Shown piece after piece: positions 1 to 9,321 of a stretch of 32,000 bases of DNA. The stretch comes from Delftia acidovorans NBRC 14950. Its GTDB lineage: Bacteria; Pseudomonadota; Gammaproteobacteria; Burkholderiales; Burkholderiaceae_C. The notes beneath the pieces were generated by a model, which did no database searches, was not told the origin of the DNA, and was given only the letters and a program-made list of their open reading frames with translations. Positions within the stretch are counted from its first letter, which is position 1; every line of letters starts with the position of its first letter. A program made the translations under genes and the position numbers. The DNA is taken from NCBI RefSeq assembly GCF_001598795.1, contig NZ_BCZP01000010.1, positions 90,001 through 122,000 of the forward strand, read 5' to 3'.

Positions 1-555
1 ATTGACCATTCTTATCTTATACTGCTGCAGAAACCCAGTTCGATCTATGGAAGTCATCTGCGGCCACCTTCCCAATTGCGGACAATTTGAGCAGCCAGCT
101 ATAAAAGAAGTGCAGCCTAATGGGTGTATACATCCTCCAGTAAAAGGGGAGCAATCGTGGAATGTCCAGACTACGGGAGAATATTTTGCTAGATATTTTA
201 TGGTGCGTGGGGATATTGCATCAGATATATCATGAAAATGATATAAATCATACGGAAGCCCATCTTCACAAGTTGGGCCAGACGTGATCGTTGTCAAATC
301 GACAAAACCCGTCTTTCTAGATATATATCGACTAGCTCGGTATATATACCCATTCAACGCACCTTGCCTTACGCTTTTTCTAGGGTAAGGAGGTTCTGGT
401 TCGGCGGTCCAATGCTCAGCTCTAATTTCAGTCGAGCCTCCAATTAGACTTGCGAGTTGGCACGCCACCGCGCTCGCCCCTCCTCCATGGGCTCCAGTTC
501 TGCTGACTAAAGCCAGCTTTTTCACCTTAGGAGCTACGCCAGTTTCAATATACAT
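1..555 (-). CDS. Glycosyltransferase (GT1/GT4-like), N-terminal 185 codons only; the gene runs off the left edge of the window
   Basis: My own minus-strand translation from ATG at 555-553 gives MYIETGVAPKVKKLALVSRTGAHGGGASAVACQLASLIGG...YSPVVWTFHDCSPFTGGCIHPLGCTSFIAGCSNCPQLGRW... The frame is open for exactly 185 codons to base 1. The GGGAS loop, the HD-x-x-PFTGGC-H block and the C-x-x-CPQLG motif are typical of N-terminal halves of polysaccharide-cluster GT4 enzymes. It is missing from the supplied ORF track because it is open-ended. The plus-strand 77-aa ORF 2..235 is its shadow. Confidence 0.75.
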   Translation of the reverse strand, partial: MYIETGVAPKVKKLALVSRTGAHGGGASAVACQLASLIGGSTEIRAEHWTAEPEPPYPRKSVRQGALNGYIYRASRYISRKTGFVDLTTITSGPTCEDGLPYDLYHFHDISDAISPRTIKYLAKYSPVVWTFHDCSPFTGGCIHPLGCTSFIAGCSNCPQLGRWPQMTSIDRTGFLQQYKIRMVN

Positions 556-683
556 GCAGCCTTCTATTCACTATGGAGTTAAGTCTATTTGCAGGTGGTG
601 CAACTGATTATTTGGACTACATGCACAAAGAAAATAATTCAATATATGCCATCTAAAGAAAGACAGAAAATATCATCTTCTGT

Positions 684-1976
684 TCAGAACATCAACCACC
701 TTGATATGATTCTCTTAACTCTAAACGCAATATTTCGAGAATAATAGTAAATAAATGTCCCGGTTATTACATGAGACCCCGCAGGCCAAAGACCATGAGT
801 ACGTGATGGAGGTTTTCTGAATGCCTCCATCAAGGTCATCTTCCGCACAAATGGAACCGATTCCATTTCGACTTGATGCTCAGAGTGGTAGTATTTTGAA
901 AAAATTTTAGCCTCCTCTATTGAGGGCCTTTCAAGTAATCGACGAAGTCTGTTATTTACCTTGCCCAATTCAATTGAACGACCAAGAGATCCACTCAATG
1001 CAGCATAACGATTGGCAAATGACAATATCGCCTCTTGCCGGAAAACGGAATTATTCGACACAGAATGATCGAGAAAAACAGGACCATATCGTCCATACTC
1101 ATCAGCTGAGTAGCTCATAGTCGATGGATGATCTGCGGAATGAAAAAGCTCCATCATTCCTAAATTTGATAGAATCCACTCCCCGCCGCTAGTAGCAGGC
1201 TGGTAGGGAGAATACATAAATGCATGCGTGCGAGTAGCATCGGAATAAACCATGCTATCAAAAAGAGCCAGATAGTATCCATGTATATAACTGGGAAAAA
1301 TATCGCATTTGGACAAAATATTATCGATTGAGCGCTGGAGGCGCCCGTGCCACCCAACATCTACGATACCAATATTACGGATTTCGTCTGATATCACGCC
1401 TTCCTGTCTAAAATACTTGACGGCCAGATCGAGTTTCTCTTTTGAGGATTCATCTATTAATTTGGAAATTGAATTTTCCTCAAGAAGAAGGCTCAATATT
1501 CTCCGCTCGTCCTTGGACAGATTCTTCTCGAAATCCACATCTATTTTTTTTCTAACCTTTTCCCCAAAAAGTTCCACTGGTATTGCCAATCGCTCCGAGA
1601 TAGCTCTAATGGATAGATAATCTGTGTCATCCATAATCCAACTTCTCGACTGCGAAATGCTGACATGCCCGGGCAGGTGCAAGGCTTGTCGTGAAGCATA
1701 GAGATAGCGGCACTCAATAGGAATGTTTCGGCAGGCTGTCAATGCTTTGGCAATCTTGTGCAATATCTGCCCATCTCTCGCCAGAAAGTACAATATTTTC
1801 ACCTCGCGTTTCAACGCGTCTGAAATGATCCACTCTACAAAATTGACCAAAAATGGCGAAACTATTTGCGAGTAAACCATCCATTCTGAAACGTCATCGT
1901 AAGGACATGCAGCTCTTGCCTCACGCAGAAGACCTGCAATATGCCGGTGCTCATGGTCTTTAGCAAAAATACTCAC
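684..1976 (-). CDS. Hypothetical soluble protein (430 aa) in the polysaccharide module; function unknown, possibly a distant HAD-like (COG5610-type) fold
   Basis: Long ORF in the AT-rich island, co-oriented with its neighbours. No TM segments are evident. The motifs ILYFLARDGQIL and VDVGWHGRLQ remind me of COG5610-type HAD-like proteins seen in glycan loci, but I see no DxD nucleophile motif. The start is uncertain: 1976 is GTG with a very close SD. Confidence 0.65.
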   Translation of the reverse strand: MSIFAKDHEHRHIAGLLREARAACPYDDVSEWMVYSQIVSPFLVNFVEWIISDALKREVKILYFLARDGQILHKIAKALTACRNIPIECRYLYASRQALHLPGHVSISQSRSWIMDDTDYLSIRAISERLAIPVELFGEKVRKKIDVDFEKNLSKDERRILSLLLEENSISKLIDESSKEKLDLAVKYFRQEGVISDEIRNIGIVDVGWHGRLQRSIDNILSKCDIFPSYIHGYYLALFDSMVYSDATRTHAFMYSPYQPATSGGEWILSNLGMMELFHSADHPSTMSYSADEYGRYGPVFLDHSVSNNSVFRQEAILSFANRYAALSGSLGRSIELGKVNNRLRRLLERPSIEEAKIFSKYYHSEHQVEMESVPFVRKMTLMEAFRKPPSRTHGLWPAGSHVITGTFIYYYSRNIAFRVKRIISRWLMF

Positions 1977-2082
1977 CCCCTTCTATGAAATTTCAATTTC
2001 ACTCAAATCAATATTTGAGCTATTTGGCCCTGGTATCTAACACACACACCACTCATCAACCCCTCAAAAAAACAGATTTCCC

Positions 2083-2823
2083 TCACTCCTGCTTTCGCGC
2101 TCTTGCAAGGAGATTAACACCAAGAGGTATATTTTTCGCCTGGGGGCCCAATTCGGAGCGAATGTATAGCCACCACAATCCTCGAAATATCATTTTTATA
2201 TAGAATCCAAAAATCGAATAGCGAGGAATCCACCAATATCTAGGCTTGACATTTGATTCATCAGGAAAATATTCTGGCTGCTTTAGTCCACAATTCAAGC
2301 AAACGAAATCCAAGCTACTCTCTGTAAAAGAGCTGCAATGAGTCCAATCATTGTATCGCCATCGATTAGCAAGCAATGAATTGGCGTTCGGTACTTTAAT
2401 AAATATCACACCGCCAATTTTCAAAGTCTTCACCAATCCCCTCATGAAATTCATTTGCAAATCAACAGGAATATGCTCCAATACATCGAATAAAAAAACG
2501 ATATCAAATTTTCCAGCATTTGATTCAATCCATGCCGAGAAATCATCAGTATGCAAGCACTTAGCATCTACCCCATTCCGTCGTGCCGACTCCACTTGCT
2601 CGGCACTGGCATCAACGCCCAGCACCTCATCGAAGAATTTCCCCAGATAACTAGTTAATCCACCATCGCCGCACCCGTAGTCCAACACAGCACTGCTTCG
2701 TGGGTAGTCCTTGATTAAATCAAAAATTAATCCAGCGAATAATTTCTCCCTTCTCTGAATATCTTCCGGTGAGCCATCATGATATTTTTTATAATAAATA
2801 GAGTAGTCATACTCTCCATGCAT
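2083..2823 (-). CDS. Class I SAM-dependent methyltransferase (probable sugar O-methyltransferase)
   Basis: SAM-binding motif I VLDYGCGDGGLTSYL and post-I acidic residue (GVDAS). The FDVLEHIP block is typical of Methyltransf_11/23 enzymes in O-antigen/capsule loci. The ATG at 2823 overlaps the upstream wzx-like stop by 17 nt. Confidence 0.85.
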   Translation of the reverse strand: MHGEYDYSIYYKKYHDGSPEDIQRREKLFAGLIFDLIKDYPRSSAVLDYGCGDGGLTSYLGKFFDEVLGVDASAEQVESARRNGVDAKCLHTDDFSAWIESNAGKFDIVFLFDVLEHIPVDLQMNFMRGLVKTLKIGGVIFIKVPNANSLLANRWRYNDWTHCSSFTESSLDFVCLNCGLKQPEYFPDESNVKPRYWWIPRYSIFGFYIKMIFRGLWWLYIRSELGPQAKNIPLGVNLLARARKQE

Positions 2824-4078
2824 ATCTCACCCCCAATGCAAGCATCTGTACCTTAAAGTACTCTTTATCAAAAATTATGTTCATCAGAATTGTCGTCATC
2901 ATGTAGGAGATGATCATAGAGATTGCGGCCCCCTCTGCACCCAAGCAGCCGACAAACAGCCACAACAGACCCAAGGAAATTGGCAATCCCAGCATGATTT
3001 TCTTGAGAACAACTTTTGTATTGCCCTTATGGGCAATCCATATATCCTGAACCCCACCAAAAAAAAGGAATGGTATAGCAAACGAAGAAATCATCATTAT
3101 GAAATATGCGTCTGAATAAGCCGAGCCTAACAGCCAAGGGATCACAAGAATAATGGCCAACCAGTTTATACATATTGCAAACAATGATATCAAGGCCACT
3201 ACTCTTATCAAACGAGAGTAGTTTTGAGCAGAGCGCAGTTCGTCTTTTTCAAGCAAGGAGAAATTGCGATTCACAATTGGCAATATAGCAGCACCAACTA
3301 TTGACCAAGGCGCAACCATCATGTTTGCAACGGCCCATTGCCCAGCTGATGCATCACCAATCATATAACCAATTACGAATATCTCCATACGTAGAAAGAT
3401 GGAAACCAGTCCGGCTGAAAACGCAGTTGGAATGCATTTTAGAAAATATTCCTTCATCATTACCACATCAGGAGAAATAAAAAATGATTTCTGATGGCCT
3501 TTCCTCAAAAGCCATGCAGCATATGCAAAAGAGAGCGTCATGGTTTCACCAGTGACAACTACTGCAAAGAAACTTATATCTTTCCCGGCACCTATACCGT
3601 ACATTCTGGCGAGAGCAGCGCACACCAGCACAAAAATTCCCAGTATCGCTTGGTTTCTAAAGCCCCCAATAGCTTGAATTCTGTTCCCATATATCGATAA
3701 TGCTGTAATTGGCACCATCCAAATCAGGATGCTGTAGATTTTCCAACTCTCCCAGGAAAAAACAGAAATATAAATACAAAGCGCGAGAAAACAAAAAGAA
3801 GCCCAGATTAATCTGACAACAAGAATTGATGAAAAGAATTTACGCAAATTCGCGTCTTTGCGTATCACAAATTCATGAATATTGATATGATCGGCCCCCA
3901 TTCCCGCAAAGCCTATGAAGATAGCCACTATTCCCAAGGCTATAGAAAGCGAGCCATGCTGGCTTGGCCCGAGATATCGAGCCACAGCTGCAGAAATAAA
4001 AAACCCCAACGCAATACGCAGAAATTTCTCAAAGAGAATCCAGCCCATGGTATTGAAGTTTTTGAAGTGATTCATCAT
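2807..4078 (-). CDS. Wzx-type polysaccharide flippase (MOP/PST superfamily membrane protein)
   Basis: About 420 aa and almost entirely hydrophobic, with roughly 12 predicted helices. It sits inside a glycan gene cluster. The ORF opens at GTG 4081 followed by ATG ATG (4078, 4075). TAAGG upstream favours ATG 4078. Confidence 0.8.
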   Translation of the reverse strand: MMNHFKNFNTMGWILFEKFLRIALGFFISAAVARYLGPSQHGSLSIALGIVAIFIGFAGMGADHINIHEFVIRKDANLRKFFSSILVVRLIWASFCFLALCIYISVFSWESWKIYSILIWMVPITALSIYGNRIQAIGGFRNQAILGIFVLVCAALARMYGIGAGKDISFFAVVVTGETMTLSFAYAAWLLRKGHQKSFFISPDVVMMKEYFLKCIPTAFSAGLVSIFLRMEIFVIGYMIGDASAGQWAVANMMVAPWSIVGAAILPIVNRNFSLLEKDELRSAQNYSRLIRVVALISLFAICINWLAIILVIPWLLGSAYSDAYFIMMISSFAIPFLFFGGVQDIWIAHKGNTKVVLKKIMLGLPISLGLLWLFVGCLGAEGAAISMIISYMMTTILMNIIFDKEYFKVQMLALGVRYAWRV

Positions 4079-4120
4079 CACCCTTAATTGGCAAGCATTA
4101 TCAGGAGAAAAATGAATATA

Positions 4121-5172
4121 ACGGTTTCAACACGCGAGTGCCGAGCAAGAACACGGGCCCTGCTGAGCCATGGCCAGCAGGTGTGAGAAGACGGCAAGTG
4201 GAGTGTTGAAGCCACCGGTTGCATGAGGCCTGCCATTCAAGCCATCAGCGATGGCGGCTTCCAAATCGTCCTGCCTGCGCACGGTCAGGTCGTCCATACC
4301 CTTGGGAAGGTAGTGGGGCAGCAGCCCATCGGTGCTCTCGCAAATGCTGCACGGCCAAGGGCTGTGCGGAACGCAGAAGTAGACCCGCGCGCCCGCGTTT
4401 GTAGCCAGTTGCTGATGACTGCTCATCTGATTGCCCTGTTTTTAGGTGTGGAGCATCGGCGTGGCGATGCAATTGAGCTTGGCGGTGAAGCCTGCCAGGG
4501 CAGAGCTGTCGCCGTGCACCAAGCGACCGAAACTCGCCACCAGCACGCCCACGCAGGACTTTTTGCCCGCCTCCCTTTTATGAGTCGCCCCCCCAGTGGC
4601 CGGGCACTACGCGATGCCTCAATCTCGGGTTGGCGCGCGTGGACGCGGACTACTTCGGGGATCTGGCCGTGCTGGTCGATCCCCAGAATGCGGGCAAGCC
4701 GTGTACCGCAGCCCCGGCACAGGCAGGCGATGGGCTGGCGGCGCAGTTCGCCACGAGGCTGGGCGGCGGCGGTGTAGATGGCTTCTTGGGACACGTGGCG
4801 TGCGGCCTCATTGGGATAGGGGTGCTTGCCGGTAGCGGCGATCTGTTGGGGCAACCATTTGCGCCCCAACAGCGTCATCACCAGGCTCCAGGACAGGCTG
4901 CTAGAAGACAGCTTGGCACAAGCCTGACATGCCAGTTCAGCGCGGTGCGAGCCGTAGGTCATATCGGCCGGGCAATTGCGCACCAACTTGCAGCTGATGG
5001 TAGATAGCGGGCGCTGCAGCGGGCGACCCGTAGCTTGCACGCTGTGCCCTTGCTGGAGCATGCCGGCGATCGTCATACGGGCCCCGGGCTGGAGTTGTTC
5101 ATCCCTAGTTGGCAACTGCATGTGAACCCCATACGGTAAAGGGCACTGCACTTCAGCTTTGAGGCCACCGTT
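4121..5172 (-). mobile_element. Decayed IS30-family insertion sequence (~1.05 kb) inserted between oafA-like and wzx-like genes
   Basis: An abrupt switch from AT-rich to GC-rich sequence occurs at ~4120 and ~5173. The interior encodes an IS30-like transposase relic. Both ends begin AACGGT (4121 on plus, 5172 on minus), followed by roughly 60-65% matching bases, a possible imperfect IR. No clear target-site duplication is seen. Boundaries are approximate. Confidence 0.6.
4127..5121 (-). pseudogene. IS30-family transposase pseudogene (frameshift plus premature stop)
   Basis: The N-terminal HTH-like part is ...GRPLQRPLSTISCKLVRN..., followed by WLPQQIAA...HVSQEAIY...GQIPEVVRVHARQPEIE (IS30 hallmarks W-S-P-x-Q-I and VSHETIY). 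After the A-run near 4553-4560 the homologous frame shifts to KKSCVGVLV...SALAGFTAKLN...HT*KQGNQM, where TAA replaces the Tyr of the TYDQG-EM block. The C-terminal frame (4127..4426) reads VYFCVPHSPW...ESTDGLLPHYLPKG...LNGRPHATGGFNTPLAVF. The GHWEGD catalytic block is degraded to PLGGRL. Confidence 0.8.
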
Positions 5173-5180
5173 GGAATTAC

Positions 5181-7112
5181 TCATCTCATCTGATCGGAAA
5201 AGTGCATAGCCGCCTTCGCCGTAAACGTTGCAGTCAAGTGCTGTGCATCCCTGAACACCACAGTGTCGTTGCGAATTGCTTGGCACAGGCCCTCAGGGCA
5301 TACAAAGCTGGCGGTCTCAATCCAGTGGGCTTTCGGGTATTTATCCACAACACTTTTTAAAAAAGAGGCGACTCTGGAATATTGGGAGTTTTCCGAGAGG
5401 GATTGGCATTTATGCCCCCCTTCCTTTTTTTCTTTTATCAAGCAATCCGGCCCATTAAAACCAAGCGTAGGATTGGCTTCAATCACGAAGATTGCATCAG
5501 CACTCCGAGAGAGCCTTTCCAGAATCCGCCCAGTCCCTTCCGTCCATTGCTTCTCCGTGAAATCACTAGAAGCCGTACTTCCCAGAAATATATTATCTAC
5601 TTTCCTGGCCTGCAGCCATTCGATGGCCTTGTTTCTCCACTCCTCGCATTCAGTGTACTCACGCCCTATGCGTTGATAAAAAAATACCTCGTCCACCATG
5701 GGACATGAAGATTTCGTCAGCACGACGATTTTCCATTGGTGAGGATCATACATTGCCGCCAAAGTAGAGAACCATTGAACGCCAATACTGTCGCCAAATA
5801 GTACTGCCGTCTTCTTTGCCGAATCCTCACCAAAAACACAGGGCTTCAGCTCGGAACTGTGGAACCAATCATCACAGTCAAAGCCATAAATCATAGGGGC
5901 ATCATTCTTGGCCTGCACATACCTTGAATTATCTTCGATCGTCAAGACCTCCTGGGCATGTGCATTCCAGCGCAGTAACTGAGAATTGGCGATCAAAATC
6001 AAAGAAACTGCAGCAAGCATCTGCCAACCATGGCGTACGCGAGCAAGCCGTCCATAGCGCACAGGATTCTCCAGAATGTAATGTGTCAATACCGCCAACA
6101 TCAATGAGATCAACAGTGCTGCAATCGTATTGAGAAAATCGCCTTTCACAGGAGCCACATAGGCACCAACAATGATCACCGGCCAATGCCAGAGATACCA
6201 TGCGTACGAGATCTTCCCGATGCCTTGCATCAACGGCGTCGCCAATAATCTTGAAGGCCATGCCATCACCGATGAGCGGTTGCTTTCCAGAATCCCCCCC
6301 GATACCAGAAGCGCACATGCGGCCAGGGTTGGGATAATGGCTGCCCAGCCTGGGTATGCCGTATTTTTATCGATTCCCACCAGTCCAGCCATCAACAGGA
6401 TGACTCCCACCCAGCCCGCAATGCCATAAAACCCAGATGAATATTTTCCTTGCCTGAAAAGTACCCATGCAAGGGCTCCCGCCGAGAACTGCCATGCCCT
6501 GGTTGGCATCATGTAAAAAGAAAATATGGAATTGAACTGCGATATAAATATGCAAGCCAGCAATGACAAGATCGCAATGATTGAAAACAAAGGAACCAGC
6601 GCAGTTACCTTTGAGTATTTTCTATGCAGCTTGAAATACGCCAGAATGATCAAAGGCCAGACAATGTAGAACTGCTCTTCCACACCCAGAGACCATGTAT
6701 GGAGGAATGCATTCTCGCCAGATTCCGATGAGAAATAATTTGCATAAGAAAATGCAAAATATATATTACTCATCCATGCAACAGCCATTGCGGCCGCCAT
6801 ACTTTGGCTTAGATGTGTTGTTTCAGGCTCAATATTATAAACAACAGCACCAGCGACCAGAATAACCAGCATCAGCGCGGGCAGAAGCCTGCGCATACGA
6901 TTAGAGAAGAAACGGAGCAGTTCTATCTTTGCAGAAGATTCATATTCCCGCACCAACACTCCAGTTATCAGGTAACCAGAGATCACAAAAAAAACGTCCA
7001 CCCCGATAAACCCCGCAAAGAATCCATCGATGGAAAAATGAGACAGAACGACAAGGACGATGGCAACCGCCCGCATTCCCTCAATATCAGGCCTGTAATT
7101 GGAACTATCCAT
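5181..7112 (-). CDS. OafA-type O-acetyltransferase: acyltransferase-3 membrane domain fused to a C-terminal SGNH/GDSL domain
   Basis: The N-terminus YRPDIEGMRAVAIVLVVLSHF is followed by about 10 hydrophobic helices (AT3 family). The C-terminal soluble domain carries the GDS block VLFGDSIGVQW and a terminal D-x-x-H (RDAQHLT). There is a strong SD (AGGAGGGG) before ATG 7112. Confidence 0.85.
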   Translation of the reverse strand: MDSSNYRPDIEGMRAVAIVLVVLSHFSIDGFFAGFIGVDVFFVISGYLITGVLVREYESSAKIELLRFFSNRMRRLLPALMLVILVAGAVVYNIEPETTHLSQSMAAAMAVAWMSNIYFAFSYANYFSSESGENAFLHTWSLGVEEQFYIVWPLIILAYFKLHRKYSKVTALVPLFSIIAILSLLACIFISQFNSIFSFYMMPTRAWQFSAGALAWVLFRQGKYSSGFYGIAGWVGVILLMAGLVGIDKNTAYPGWAAIIPTLAACALLVSGGILESNRSSVMAWPSRLLATPLMQGIGKISYAWYLWHWPVIIVGAYVAPVKGDFLNTIAALLISLMLAVLTHYILENPVRYGRLARVRHGWQMLAAVSLILIANSQLLRWNAHAQEVLTIEDNSRYVQAKNDAPMIYGFDCDDWFHSSELKPCVFGEDSAKKTAVLFGDSIGVQWFSTLAAMYDPHQWKIVVLTKSSCPMVDEVFFYQRIGREYTECEEWRNKAIEWLQARKVDNIFLGSTASSDFTEKQWTEGTGRILERLSRSADAIFVIEANPTLGFNGPDCLIKEKKEGGHKCQSLSENSQYSRVASFLKSVVDKYPKAHWIETASFVCPEGLCQAIRNDTVVFRDAQHLTATFTAKAAMHFSDQMR

Positions 7113-7254
7113 GGCCCCTCCTTTATTGAATCATCGTTCGTCGCACACGGACGTCGATTCCTGGGTAATTTCGTTTGAAATATTAATTAACATCTCCCAC
7201 ATATTCACCGAAAGTCGAGAAACATCCAGAGAATGGCGCAAGAACAACAACGAC

Positions 7255-8577
7255 TCAAGCAGCAATGACATTGAATCCACCTTGCATTCGCCCACGTGTA
7301 TCCACAAATATCTTCGCCTTGCTGGCCAGTAGCGCATAATCAAACGCGTCATGGTCCGTGGCCAGGACCACACAGTCATAGCGATCCACTGTTTCCTCAT
7401 TCAGCGGAACAGACCTCAGGTCAAAGTGGTAATCCCGCTTATGCGGAAACACCGGCACATGCGGATCGCTGTAATCTATATCCGCACCCTTGGCCTGCAG
7501 CAGATCCATGATCTCCACAGCTGGGGATTCCCGTGTGTCATCAATATTCTTCTTGTAGGCCAGCCCCAGCACCAATATACGGCTCCCCTTGATGGCCTTG
7601 CCCCGTTCATTGAGTGCATCGGCGACCTTGCCCACCACCCAGTGCGGCATATAGTGGTTGATTTCACCGGCCAGTTCGATAAATCGCGTATTTACGCCAT
7701 ATTCACGCGCCTTCCATGTCAGGTAGAAGGGGTCGATGGGAATGCAGTGGCCGCCGAGGCCGGGGCCGGGTCGATAGGGAACAAAGCCGAAGGGCTTGGT
7801 GGCAGCTGCATCAATGACTTCATGGATGTTGATGCCCATCTTGTCGGCCACGATCTTCATCTCGTTGACCAGGCCGATGTTGACGCTGCGGTGGATGTTC
7901 TCCAGCAGCTTGGTCATTTCAGCCGCCTTGGTGCTGCTGACGGGCACCATGGTCTGGATGGCATGTAGGTACAGCGCCATGCCCAGTTCCAGGCAGCTGG
8001 CAGTGCACCCTCCGATCACCTTGGGGATGTCCTTGGTACCGTAATGCGGATTGCCAGGGTCTTCGCGTTCCGGAGAGAACACCAGAGCGCAATTGGCGCC
8101 AGGCTCCAGTCCACGGCTGCGCAGGCGCGGTGCCAGCACTTCGTCCGTCGTGCCGGGCCAGGTTGTGCTCTCCAGGCTCAGCAACTGACCTTCGCGCATG
8201 TGAGGCAGCGCCGCCTCCACCGTGTTGATGATGAAGCTCAGGTCGGGCTCGCGGTGAACATTCAGGGGCGTGGGCACGCAGATGATCAGGGCATCGATTG
8301 CTTCTGTCCGTGCAAAGTCAGTGGTGGCCTCGAATCCCTGTTCCAGCGCACGTCTGATCTGCTCGGGAGTGATTCGCTCTATATAGCTGCCGCCCTCGCC
8401 CAGCGTACGGACCTTGGCTTCATCAATATCAAAGCCCACCACCTTGATGCCAACCTCGGCGAAGCGAAGGGCCAGAGGCAGGCCCACATATCCCAGCCCA
8501 TAGATACCCACGCGCACAGAGCCATGGGAGATCTTTTCCTTGAGGCGCGCAAGGGCCCCCGGGTTGCCAGCATGCAT
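7255..8577 (-). CDS. Nucleotide-sugar dehydrogenase, UDP-N-acetyl-hexosamine 6-dehydrogenase type (WbpA/TviB/WecC-like)
   Basis: Rossmann motif [17 protein letters not shown]. Catalytic region [25 protein letters not shown]. The blocks [10 protein letters not shown] and [17 protein letters not shown] are characteristic of the UDP-glucose/GDP-mannose dehydrogenase family. Confidence 0.9.
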   Translation of the reverse strand: MHAGNPGALARLKEKISHGSVRVGIYGLGYVGLPLALRFAEVGIKVVGFDIDEAKVRTLGEGGSYIERITPEQIRRALEQGFEATTDFARTEAIDALIICVPTPLNVHREPDLSFIINTVEAALPHMREGQLLSLESTTWPGTTDEVLAPRLRSRGLEPGANCALVFSPEREDPGNPHYGTKDIPKVIGGCTASCLELGMALYLHAIQTMVPVSSTKAAEMTKLLENIHRSVNIGLVNEMKIVADKMGINIHEVIDAAATKPFGFVPYRPGPGLGGHCIPIDPFYLTWKAREYGVNTRFIELAGEINHYMPHWVVGKVADALNERGKAIKGSRILVLGLAYKKNIDDTRESPAVEIMDLLQAKGADIDYSDPHVPVFPHKRDYHFDLRSVPLNEETVDRYDCVVLATDHDAFDYALLASKAKIFVDTRGRMQGGFNVIAA

Positions 8578-8690
8578 TGGTGTTTCCCTCTGATTTCTTG
8601 TCGTTCTCTGTCACGGACACCCCGCGACCTTCCAGCAGTTATTGTGAACCGGCCGTTCTTTCCCTGGTACCGGCAATCGCGCGACAGACG

Positions 8691-9167
8691 CTACTGCGCC
8701 ACAAAGCTCCCCGTCTTGCCTCCGTGCTTCTCCAGCACCCTGATTCCCTCCATCACCATGCCCTTGTCCACCGCCTTGCACATGTCATAGACCGTGAGCA
8801 AGGCCACCTGCACGGCTGTGAGCGCCTCCATCTCCACCCCGGTCGGACCAACGGTCTCGACGGTGGCAAGACAGCGGACGGACGACGTTTCGGGCAACGG
8901 ATCAAACTCCACTGCCACCCGTGTCAACGCCAGCGGATGGCACAGCGGAATCAAGTCACTGGTCTTCTTGGCAGCCATGATGCCGGCGATGCGCGCAATG
9001 CCAAGCACGTCGCCCTTCTTGGCGGTGCCACCTTGGATGATGGCCAGGGTGGCGGGCTGCATGGTGATGCGGCCTTCGGCGACCGCGATGCGGTGCGTTG
9101 CGGGCTTGGCGCCGACGTCGACCATGTGGGCCTGGCCCTGGGCATCGAAATGGGTGAGGGAAGACAT
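8691..9167 (-). CDS. moaC: Cyclic pyranopterin monophosphate synthase MoaC
   Basis: [22 protein letters not shown]...[30 protein letters not shown]...[25 protein letters not shown] is a near-canonical MoaC sequence. I chose ATG 9167 (SD AGGAG upstream) over the longer ORF-track start at 9272. Confidence 0.95.
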   Translation of the reverse strand: MSSLTHFDAQGQAHMVDVGAKPATHRIAVAEGRITMQPATLAIIQGGTAKKGDVLGIARIAGIMAAKKTSDLIPLCHPLALTRVAVEFDPLPETSSVRCLATVETVGPTGVEMEALTAVQVALLTVYDMCKAVDKGMVMEGIRVLEKHGGKTGSFVAQ

Positions 9168-9321
9168 GGAAACTCCTGAAAATGCACTGGCCGGCCCATG
9201 GCAGTCCTGACACGCAGGTCGAACGCGCCATGAACGTTCGGCGAACCGAGGCATCATAGTGGGGTGTTCCACCGCCCGGCATCAAGGTGCAGGGCCCGGC
9301 CTTCTGGCCTCCTACCTGCCC

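Noticed and set aside
2-235. 77-aa plus-strand ORF at the left edge
   Set aside because: The opposite strand is open for 185 codons from ATG 555 to the window edge and translates into a glycosyltransferase N-domain. The plus-strand ORF has no motif.
4223-5007. Plus-strand ORFs inside the IS relic (4223..4777, 4596..4835, 4630..5007)
   Set aside because: They are antisense to the IS30-like reading frames and have an Arg/Ala/Gly-rich shadow composition.
4423-5286. 287-aa ORF that appears to be an intact gene overlapping the oafA 3' end
   Set aside because: Its first ~55 codons read across the IS end into oafA and are spurious. Its tail after ~4560 is out of the IS30 frame. Taken with 4127..4426, it is a frameshifted transposase pseudogene.
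8686-8700. Near match to the ops/JUMPstart element (GGCGCAGTAG on the minus strand versus GGCGGTAG) upstream of the polysaccharide genes
   Set aside because: It is not an exact ops core, having two extra bases. It simply corresponds to the last moaC codons (gtg gcg cag tag).
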